This document shows, one piece after another, positions 56,767-64,000 of a stretch of 64,000 bases of DNA. Made by a program: the position numbers and the translations under genes. The notes beneath the pieces were generated by a model that saw only the letters and a program-made list of their open reading frames with translations, did not search any database and was not told the origin of the DNA. Source of the DNA: an uncultured Planctomycetaceae bacterium (GTDB lineage Bacteria; Planctomycetota; Planctomycetia; Planctomycetales; Planctomycetaceae). Within the stretch, counting starts at the first letter, position 1, and every line of letters begins with the position of its first letter. Where the stretch lies: NCBI GenBank assembly GCA_963715185.1, contig CAVQRG010000006.1, forward strand, positions 232,603-296,602, read 5' to 3'.

Positions 56767-57378
56767 ATGCCGGACGACTTTCCCAAATGGGCCTCGCCGG
56801 AAATATGCGATCAACTTCCAGGCATCCGGGAAGCCGGTGAATCGACTAACGTCGACTTCAAAGAGTCATTTCCCGATCAAGCGCATCGGCTTGGCAAGGA
56901 GATTGCTGCGATGGCAACATCCGGTGGCGGGCGCATCTTTATCGGTATCGACGACGACGGCGGTCTTCACGGAGTCGATGCATCAAACGGTGATGAGCGG
57001 GACGACATCGCAGAACGCGCACACAACATCGCCCTGACGGTGAAACCCATTCCAAACGTGAACCTGATGTTTGCCGTCGAGTCCGGCAGGACTGTCCTGG
57101 TCGTTGATGTCCCAAAGCAGTCGGATCCGGTCTACTATTACGATTTCCGCCCGTATGTCCGCGATGAGCGGCGAGCAAGACCGGCAGAGCCCGACGAAGT
57201 CGTTGAGCTGGTATGGGCACATCCAAGCTCCGGACACAAGAAGGAAATGGAACGAATTCTGCAACACCAAATGCAGAACTTCATCGACCACAATCGCGAA
57301 CTCGATAAGATCTCCGCAGACCAAATGCGTGCCTTCAACGAAACAATGAACGCTCCAAGACGCAACATGGGGCGGTAG
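56767..57378 (+). CDS. AlbA_2 (Schlafen-type putative DNA-binding) domain protein; candidate cassette 1
   Basis: 203 aa: GESTNVDFKESFPDQAHRLGKEIAAMATSGGGRIFIGIDDDGGLHGV...VLVVDVPKQSDPVYYYDFRPYVRD, then a short coiled coil. RBS GAGGGG sits 6 nt upstream. GC is visibly lower than in the flanks. Confidence 0.75.
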   Translation: MPDDFPKWASPEICDQLPGIREAGESTNVDFKESFPDQAHRLGKEIAAMATSGGGRIFIGIDDDGGLHGVDASNGDERDDIAERAHNIALTVKPIPNVNLMFAVESGRTVLVVDVPKQSDPVYYYDFRPYVRDERRARPAEPDEVVELVWAHPSSGHKKEMERILQHQMQNFIDHNRELDKISADQMRAFNETMNAPRRNMGR

Positions 57379-57385
57379 CCAACAA

Positions 57386-57478
57386 GCCAGCTAACAACCG
57401 ATTGCAACCGAGCGGCGGGGCGGGGCGTTCCTGAAGTCAACGGTTCTTCGCCGCCGCCGGGTTACCTTGAGCGTTCGC
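57386..57478 (+). other. candidate attC site A (imperfect palindrome)
   Basis: AGCTAAC (57389-95) pairs with GTTCGCC (57472-78). The inner stem is GCGGCGG (57412-18) with CCGCCGC (57451-57). The central loop TTCCTGAAGTCAACGG is shared with site B. Confidence 0.5.
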
Positions 57479-57637
57479 CACCTCAGGCGGCAAACGTTGC
57501 GGATGAGCCGTGAGGGTCACCCGCAATGCGACGGTGGGTTCCCCCACCACAGAGCCCGGGACGCCGGCGCCACCCGGCGTCGTGCCGGGGGCTCATCCGA
57601 AACGTTATCTCACGACATCCAGAGGACATTTCCACCA

Positions 57638-58168
57638 ATGGCTGATGTGACGATCCGAGAGCTCGCATCTGACTTGGAGATTGATCGCAGCCAGCTGCGC
57701 AAATGGGTCATCAAGCAACTGCCCGAAGTTTCGATCCACAAGATTCGTGATCCGAATGGTAGTGGTCTCGAAGTGATGGCCGTGTCATCTGGCGAGGCAG
57801 ACAAGATTCGCGAAGCTCGTACGAACTGGGACGGAAGCCGCGTTGCCAGAAGTGGTACTGATCAAACGCAGTTCGGCGTCTTCTATGCCATTCAATTGCT
57901 GCCGGAAATCTATCCGACCCGCATTAAGTTTGGGTATGCGACGGACGTAGAAGATCGCCTGATGACACACCGCTGTACGTGCCCAAATGCCGTCGTCCTA
58001 AGAACGTGGCGCTGCGATCCCAAATGGGAGCAGACGGCACTTGCTGCGGTTCGGAATCTCGACGAATCCGTTCTTGTCGGCGGCGAGGTGTACGACTGCA
58101 CGTCATTCGATCTCGTCGCTGAGCGACTCGATTCATTTTTCTTAATGCTTACCCCAACTGAAGAATAG
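57638..58168 (+). CDS. T5orf172/MUG113 (GIY-YIG-like) domain protein with N-terminal HTH-like segment; candidate cassette 2
   Basis: ATG 57638 gives MADVTIRELASDLEIDRSQLRKWVIKQL...FGVFYAIQLLPEIYPTRIKFGYATDVEDRLMTHRCTCPNAVVLRTWRCDPKWEQTALAAV...VGGEVYDC. Confidence 0.7.
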   Translation: MADVTIRELASDLEIDRSQLRKWVIKQLPEVSIHKIRDPNGSGLEVMAVSSGEADKIREARTNWDGSRVARSGTDQTQFGVFYAIQLLPEIYPTRIKFGYATDVEDRLMTHRCTCPNAVVLRTWRCDPKWEQTALAAVRNLDESVLVGGEVYDCTSFDLVAERLDSFFLMLTPTEE

Positions 58169-58177
58169 ACCGTGGCA

Positions 58178-58265
58178 TTGCAAACCGTTCCACACGGAGC
58201 CGCGGGCCGCGCGGGTTCTGAAATCAACGTCGTTCGCCGCGGCCCGGTGAACGGTGACGTTAGCC
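58178..58265 (+). other. candidate attC site B (imperfect palindrome)
   Basis: TGCAAAC (58178-84) pairs with GTTAGCC (58259-65). Further stems are ACCGTTC (58184-90) with GAACGGT (58249-55), and CGGGCCGCG (58203-11) with CGCGGCCCG (58238-46). The loop is GTTCTGAAATCAACG. Confidence 0.5.
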
Positions 58266-58295
58266 ACCAATGGTCTGAAGCGTTCGGATGAGTTC

Positions 58296-59456
58296 ATGCT
58301 TACGAAGCCGGCGGCGTCCAATGTGGTCGAGGTCATCTGCCAGGGTTCCCCCAAGGAGATGGGCTTGGCTCAAGGCGCGGGCGTACAGAACAAGATACAT
58401 GCTGCACGCCAAGTTCTTACCAAGCTGGAGGCGTTTCGCCTACAGCAGCCTTGGTGGCTACCCTATCGTGTCTACCGCTGGCTAGCCGAATACAAGGCGT
58501 CGCGGTTTCTTGCGCACTGCGACAACCCGGAAATGAGCCAACGCTTGGCAGGCATCGCAGAGGGAGCCGGCGTCAGTCTCAAGGCCATCTGTCTCTTTAA
58601 TGCCTTGGAGCCGCTCCTGTCGTCCGTGGGCGGTTGCACTGCGTGTCCTGGGGCGTGCTCGGCGGTTGCAGTGCGGGGCCGGCGCTCGGCGCACGGGAGA
58701 ACCCATCGTCGCCCGTAACTTTGATTACCTGCCACTGGTCCAGCCCTTCTACCTTGTGCGGGAGAGCCGATCACAAGGCAAGTTGCGGGCGTTCGAATTT
58801 ACGACCGCTCCTTTGGCCGGTGCCGTCGACGGCATGAATGAAGAAGGGTTGTGTATCACGTACAATTATGGCTTCACTACGGACGAGCCATCTGCCCCCG
58901 CTGCCCCGATCTCGATGGCCATTTCCGAGGCCCTGGGGCGCTGCGGAACCGTCGCTGAGGCGGCTGACTGGATTACCTCAAGGCCGCGCTGGGGTGGCGG
59001 GTTGCTCATGCTTTGCGATGCGAGCGGCGACATGGCCTCCCTGGAGTTATCGAGTACACGAAGCTATCTGCGCCGACCAGCCTCGGATGAAGATGTGCTG
59101 TTCCACACCAATGCGTTCTCCAGCGCCCCATGCGCGAAGTCCAGGTGCCGTGGAACGCGCTTTACACGAATTATGCTCCCACTGCCTTGCGTGGGCGGAG
59201 GCTCCATCAGTCATCGGAGTTACGAGACCGACGGTTCAAACAACTTCTGGCCGAGGTTGACGTTCTCGACGGCAGTCGGCTGGGGGCCATCATGGCTGAT
59301 CACGGCTCAGATGGCACCCCAAGTGATGACACGCCCTGCGTTCACGGTTCGTACTGGTATACAACAGCCTGTTTACAGTTTTTTCCAAAAGAGCGGCGGA
59401 TGCGCGTTGCCTACAACACTGCTTGCCGCGCGAATTTCGAAGATGTGGTTTTGTAG
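58296..59456 (+). pseudogene. peptidase C45 / acyl-CoA:6-APA acyltransferase family protein, two frameshifts; candidate cassette 3
   Basis: MLTKPAASNVVEVICQGSPKEMGLAQG...LLSSVGGCTA (Ntn nucleophile G-C-T), then GEPIVARNFDYLPLVQPFYLV...AVDGMNEEGLCITYNY...LMLCDASGDMASLELS, then MREVQVPWNALYTNY...CVHGSYWYTTACLQFFPKERRMRVAYNTACRANFEDVVL. Breaks are near 58690 and 59128 (a C4 run). Confidence 0.75.
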
Positions 59457-59560
59457 CCGCATCGCCCAGGGCTTAACGCAGGCGTCTATCTCGCTGGCAG
59501 ATGCGCCAGCGGCTAACCATCGCATCCACCGGAGCGACGGTGGCCAGCCGATTTTCAAAC

Positions 59561-59647
59561 CGGGTAGCACCGGTTGCCTCAACCGGTGCCGCGCAGCGGC
59601 AGGAAGCTCTGTATGTCGCACTGCTGGCCAAGCCAGACAGGTCGGGC
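59561..59647 (+). repeat. 87-nt direct repeat copy R2 (displaced fragment of the intI N-terminal region)
   Basis: 80 of 87 positions are identical to 55805-55891. Weaker similarity extends about 40 nt upstream and about 100 nt downstream. Confidence 0.85.
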
Positions 59648-59900
59648 TTTGCCTGACGACACGCATCGCCCTGACGACGTCTGGTTCAACGTCCGATGCG
59701 GGTAAGGAATCGGCTGACGCCCGTGCATGGCACCTTCACGCCGGGTCGTCATGCGGAGCATGACCAACGTCACATCCGCCTTCCGTCCTCAACTCCTTAC
59801 TCCCAGCGTGTCCCCACAGGTTGACTTCACCACACAGTCACGGAGACACTGGGGCGAATTCTCCTCCGTGCTGTCTGCAACCCTGCCAGGTGCTTCCCCG

Positions 59901-60340
59901 ATGCGAATCCCCGTTCTCTCCGCCTTTGTCATCAGTCTGCTTCCACTCTCGGCACCCGCCGATGACACCACGTACGACGTCGTCATCTACGGAGGCACGT
60001 CGGCCGGGGTGATCGCCGCCGTCCAGTCGACCCACATGGGGAAGTCCGTCGTCATCGTGGCCCCGGAAACTCACCTCGGCGGGTTGACTGCGGGGGGCTG
60101 GGCTGGACCGACAGCGGCCGCAAGGAAGTGATCGGCGGACTGTCGCGCGAGTTCTACCAGCGTCTCAAGGTGCATTACGATCAACCTGCCGCCTGGCGAC
60201 AGCAGCAGCCCGCAGAGTATCGCCTGTATCGACCCGATGACGACGCCATGTGGGTCTTCGAGCCCCATGTGGCCGAACAGACCTACGACGCCTGGATCGC
60301 GGAGCTGCAGATCCCGGTCGTCCGCGACGCCTGGCTCGAT
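59901..60340 (+). pseudogene. FAD-dependent oxidoreductase (PF12831-like), N-terminal fragment only, one frameshift near 60097
   Basis: [66 protein letters not shown], then [29 protein letters not shown]...WVFEPHVAEQTYDAWIAELQIPVV. The break is at a G6 run where G7 restores the frame. Family similarity is lost after about 60340. Confidence 0.7.
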
Positions 60341-60383
60341 ACCCGCACCGCGAGGGCCTTGTACCTCAATGCTGTGACGAGGG

Positions 60384-60426
60384 GGCCAACAACCTCTTCG
60401 CGACAGCAGCAATTCCTTGTTAGACC
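60384..60426 (-). other. candidate short attC-like palindrome ending the minus-strand cassette
   Basis: On the minus strand: GGTCTAACAAGG ...22 nt... GGTTGTTGGCC. The stems are GGTC/GGCC and AACAA/TTGTT with one bulged T. GTCTAAC fits RYYYAAC, and GTTGGCC is of the GTTRGCC type. At 43 nt it is shorter than typical attC sites. Confidence 0.35.
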
Positions 60427-60804
60427 GCGGACAGGTTGCGGGCGGTCCCCGACAAACCCATCGCCCGTGAACTCTGCGAGGTCCAGTTTGAGCAGCCCCG
60501 AAACCCCGCCCGGCGACTCGGGGACCGCCCGTTCAGGCGCTCGGAGGACGCCCTTCCCTTGATCGGGACAGCGGACGCCGTGCTCTTGGATGACGGTTGG
60601 CGAGGCGTGCCCGATCTGGGATCGCGCGGACGGAGAAGCGCCGCACCTAGCCGATGCGAGCCAGCCTGGGCGCCCTCGTGAGGTTCGCGGCGCCGCGTAC
60701 TGAGCGAAGCCCCAGTTCAACGCTTTTCAAAGCAGTTGTGGAGTCCAGAGTCACGAACCGAGCGAGGATCTCTGTCGTGGCGAGCGAGGCAGGGACGACC
60801 CACG

Positions 60805-60811
60805 GGCTAAC
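60805..60811 (-). other. candidate attI recombination core GTTAGCC (minus strand)
   Basis: The minus strand reads GAATCAGA-GTTAGCC-CGTG, 168 nt after the stop of the intact intI. This is the same geometry as 56736 in the decayed locus. Confidence 0.4.
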
Positions 60812-60978
60812 TCTGATTCAACTGACCCACGCCGCACTATCGCGCGCCGCGGGGCCGTCCATGTATTCACTCCCCAGGGACGCGGGGCAACTGCCCTCTG
60901 CGGACGGACGATGGCGCCATTTTGGTGTCGCCCCCACCCTGGCTGCGTACGCGGGTCCGCATAACCTCCCCGGCCATC

Positions 60979-61980
60979 CTACAGCCGATCCAGCGGGCTC
61001 CTGACCCCGGCGGGCCCGTTCATCAGCACGTGGGTATAGAGCATGGTTGTCTTGAGGTCCCGGTGCCCGAGGAGCTGCTGGACGGTCCGAACGTCCACTC
61101 CGTCCTCCAATAGATGGGTGGCGAACGAGTGCCGGAACGTGTGGCAGGTGGCATGCTTGGCGAGGCCGGCGCGACGCACGGCTTCCTTCACCGCCCGCTG
61201 AAGGATCGAGGGGTCGCAGTGATGCCGGCCCTGACGGCCGGTCCTGGGGTCCCGCCATCGGCTCCGCTGTGGAAAGACCCACTGCCACCCCCACTCCGTC
61301 ACGGCTTGGGGATACTTCCGCGCCAGGGCTTCGGGTAGGTCGACCCGCCCGTGCCCTTCGGCCAGGTCCTCCCTATGCGTCTCCTTCACCACGGCCAGGT
61401 GGTGCTTCAGCGCTTCATCCAGACTCTGCGGCAACATGGTGGCTCGGTCCTTGGCGCCCTTGCCGTCCCGCACGTGGATGGTGTGGCGTCCGAAGTCCAC
61501 GCTCTGGACCCGCAGCCGCAGGCACTCCATGAGCCGCAGTCCGGATCCATACATGAGCCGCGCCATGAGTTGCGTGTCGCCGTCCATGTGCTGGATCACG
61601 TCCCGGACCTCCCGGCGCGTCATCACCACCGGGATCCTCTCCGGCATCCTGGCCCGCGCGACCCCGTCCAGGTCGCCGAGGGAACGCCCCAGGACGTGCC
61701 GGTACAGGAACAACAGGGCGCTGAGGGCCTGGTTCTGCGTCGAGGCGCTCACCCCCTGGTCCACGGCAAGGTGCGAGAGGAACGCCCCGACCTCCTCCGC
61801 CCCCATTTCGTCGGGGTGACGAAGACCGTGGAACCGCACGAACCGGCGCGTCCACAGCACATACGCCTTCTCCGTCCTGACGCTGTAGTGGCGCGACCGC
61901 AGTGTGGCCCGGAGTCGCTCCAGTAGTTTCGGTGCGGGGGCCATGTCCCGGAGATCGCGCCTCGGGGTGGGCGCATCCAT
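60979..61980 (-). CDS. intI: integron integrase (IntI-type tyrosine recombinase), intact
   Basis: 333 aa: [64 protein letters not shown]...[17 protein letters not shown]...[15 protein letters not shown]. It carries the IntI-specific insertion [40 protein letters not shown]. The end is [52 protein letters not shown]. Confidence 0.92.
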   Translation of the reverse strand: MDAPTPRRDLRDMAPAPKLLERLRATLRSRHYSVRTEKAYVLWTRRFVRFHGLRHPDEMGAEEVGAFLSHLAVDQGVSASTQNQALSALLFLYRHVLGRSLGDLDGVARARMPERIPVVMTRREVRDVIQHMDGDTQLMARLMYGSGLRLMECLRLRVQSVDFGRHTIHVRDGKGAKDRATMLPQSLDEALKHHLAVVKETHREDLAEGHGRVDLPEALARKYPQAVTEWGWQWVFPQRSRWRDPRTGRQGRHHCDPSILQRAVKEAVRRAGLAKHATCHTFRHSFATHLLEDGVDVRTVQQLLGHRDLKTTMLYTHVLMNGPAGVRSPLDRL

Positions 61981-62002
61981 GGCCCCTGGGACGAACTGCG
62001 AC

Positions 62003-62586
62003 CTAGCGCACGATCTCCACGATCTCCGCCCGAACCTCGCCGTCGTCTCCGACCCGGACCTTGGCCACCGTCACCGGAAGGGTGAACCGCCTCGGTCCGG
62101 CACTCCCGGGATTGAGATAGAGCACCCTGCCCCACCGTTCGTTCAGCGGCTTGTGCGTGTGCCCGCTCACCACCAGGGCGATCCCGGCGGCTTCGGGATC
62201 CAACTCCAGCTCCCGGTCGCCGTGATGGACGTACGCCAGCGGCCCCGTGGGCACGGGTGCGCCGGACCCTTCTGCGATCCGTCCGTCCGGGGCTCCCAGG
62301 TCCACCACCACGCTCCGGGGCAGCCCGCTCCGCAGCGCTCCGTAGTCGGTGTTCCCGTGCACGGCAAACACCGGCGCGATCCGCTCCAGGGCTTCCAGAA
62401 TGGCCGGGTCGCCCACGTCCCCGGCATGGAGGATGAGGTCGCTTCCCCGAAGTGCCTGCAGCGGCTTCCGGACGCAACAGCTCCGTGGGTGTCCGAGATC
62501 ACGCCGATGGTCTCGCACCGTTCCCTTCGCCTCTTGGTTCCGCTTGCCGCTGGGTGGATCCGGGACCCAGCTTTGGGCTCGTCCAC
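62003..62586 (-). pseudogene. YfcE/MJ0936-type metallophosphoesterase, two frameshifts near 62460-62485
   Basis: ETIGVISDTHG, then LLRPEA, then LQALRGSDLILHAGDVGDPAILEALERIAPVFAVHGNTDYG...LVVSGHTHKPL...YLNPGSAGPRRF, in three frames. The stop is 23 nt upstream of the intI start on the same strand. The 5' end is uncertain. Confidence 0.75.
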
Positions 62587-62610
62587 TCCTCCGGCTACCC
62601 CGAGGTCCCC

Positions 62611-63283
62611 GTGTCGTGCGCCCAGTGTAACGGTATCGTCCAGGAGTTCGACGACCGCCTCGCCCGGCGCGAACTACGGCGCTACCGGCGACGCGGCCCG
62701 TCGGGCACGACGCGGATCGACTCCTGGACGCCTCCGCGACCGGGGCGTGGAGGGGCGCTCGTTCCTCGACGTCGGGGGTGGCGTTGGTGCCGATCCAACA
62801 CGGGCTCATGGCCGCGGGCGCATCCCATGGTACCCATGTGGACGCGTCTCCCGCCTACCTGGCGGCGGCCAGCGACGAGGCCGTGCGCCTGGGCCATGCC
62901 GACCGCGTGCGCTACGTGGAGGGGGACGTCGTGACGCTGGCTCCCTGAGCTCGAACTCGGCCGACGTCGTCACCCTCGACCGGGTGGTGTGCTGCTACGA
63001 CGACATGCCTGCCCTGGTGGACGCCTCTGCGTCCCGTGCCCGCCGGCTCTACGGGCTGGTCTTACCCCGGGAGCACCTTCCAATGCGCCTGGCGTTCATC
63101 GGCACTCAACCTCATCCAGCGCATCCGCGCGCCGTCCCTTCAACGTCTTCCTCCACGGCACTGCGGCGGTGGAGGCCCGCGTCCGCCGCCACGGCTTCCG
63201 TAAGATCTTCTCACGCCCACTCTCCCCTCTGGCAGATCCACCTCTACCGCAAGGACGACGGGACCGCCCCCGCCGCCTCCTGA
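62611..63283 (+). pseudogene. class I SAM-dependent methyltransferase with N-terminal CxxC, about six frameshifts
   Basis: Readable only by frame hopping: (V)SCAQCNGIVQEFDDRLARRELRRYRRRGPSGTTRI, LLDA, RDRGVEGRSFLDVGGGVGA and IQHGLMAAGASHGTHVDASPAYLAAASDEAVRLGHADRVRYVEGDVVTLAP. It continues NSADVVTLDRVVCCYDDMPALVDASASRARRLYGLVLPRE, LNLIQRIRARPFNVFLHGTAAVEARVRRHGFRKIF and PLWQIHLYRKDD. Confidence 0.7.
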
Positions 63284-63288
63284 CCATC

Positions 63289-64000
63289 ATGGACCTCTCC
63301 GTTCTCCACCCTCGACGTCTTCACGGATCACACCTTCGGCGGCAATCCCCTGGGCGTCTTTCCCGACGCGTCGCATCTGCCTACCGACCTCATGCAGCGC
63401 GTCGCCCGGGAGATGAACCTCTCCGAGTCCGTCTTCCTGGGGCCGCCCGAATCCGACGAGGGTGCGGCCCGCGTCCGCATCTTCACGCCAGGTATCGAGG
63501 TGCCCTTCGCGGGCCACCCCACCGTGGGCTCCGCCATCTACCTGGCCGCCCTCCTCCCCGACCCGCCCACCGAGGGGACCGTGACGCTGGTCCTGGACGA
63601 GAACGTGGGGCCCGTTCCCGTGGACGTCCGCTTCGAAGACGGGGTTCCGGTCTTCGCGCGCTTCACCACGGCCCTCCTCCCTGAGCACCGGCCTTCGACC
63701 GTCCCCGACGCCGACCTGGCGCGCATGGTGGGGCTCGACGCCTCGGATCTCCACCCGGACGCTGCGCCCGGAGATGGTGTCGTGCGGCCTTCCTTACTAT
63801 GTGGTCCCCATCGCGTCCCTCGAGGCCATCCGCCGGGCGGTCCTGGACACCGCCCTCTGGCAGCGCCTGGTCGCGCCGCTCTGGGCCGACCATGTCTACC
63901 TCGTCTGCCCCGAGGCCGAGTCCCAGGGAGTAGACATGCACGTGCGCATGTTCGCGCCGGCGGCAGGCGTGCCCGAGGATCCGGCCACGGGTTCTGCTGC
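63289..64000 (+). pseudogene. PhzF-family isomerase, two frameshifts, 3' end beyond the window
   Basis: ATG 63289 gives MDLS. One frame over reads FSTLDVFTDHTFGGNPLGVFPDASHLPTDLMQRVAREMNLSESVFLGPP...RVRIFTPGIEVPFAGHPTVGSAIYLA. After a break near 63752 it reads LRPEMVSCGLPYYVVPIASLEAIRRAV...VDMHVRMFAPAAGVPEDPATGSA. Confidence 0.8.

Noticed and set aside
59470-59520. GCTTAAC ... GGCTAACC as a complete third attC
   Set aside because: The two boxes are direct rather than inverted repeats, and no matching GTTRRRY right end is found at a sensible distance. Only a left half similar to site A is supported.

Overview
High-GC chromosomal segment (by eye about 63-66% GC) with the typical gene content of a Planctomycetota genome. 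It carries four DUF1559/prepilin-signal paralogs, a PSCyt-DUF1549-DUF1553 plus DUF1501 pair, a sulfatase, an octahaem cytochrome, and many FHA, TPR and ECF-sigma genes. Housekeeping blocks are serA, a complete F1Fo ATP synthase operon (atpZ-I-B-E-F-H-A-G-D-C), rsmD, mtnA, dnaA, trpD, rsgA, HU, SUI1/YciH and the RNase P RNA (rnpB, 55307-55675). The most interesting part is the right-hand 8 kb. Directly 3' of rnpB lies a decayed integron-integrase gene. It is followed by three single-ORF, same-strand units (AlbA_2 protein, T5orf172/GIY-YIG-like protein, C45 acyltransferase), of which the first two are visibly lower in GC. The first two units end in structure-conserved imperfect palindromes terminating in GTTMGCC, which are candidate attC sites. 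A second, intact IntI-type integrase (60979-61980, minus) shows the same stop-codon-to-GTTAGCC geometry and a candidate one-cassette array. In both loci intI is co-oriented with the cassettes. The second pervasive signal is about 40 reading-frame breaks, found by manual frame tracing, in otherwise well-conserved genes including dnaA, atpB and trpD. They are very unevenly distributed: 11 in DUF1501, 6 in a methyltransferase, none in intact intI, and none in the 6.4 kb of atp genes after atpB. Part is therefore probably assembly error and part real gene decay. No tRNA, rRNA or CRISPR array was seen. All product calls come from motif recognition by eye; no database search was run.
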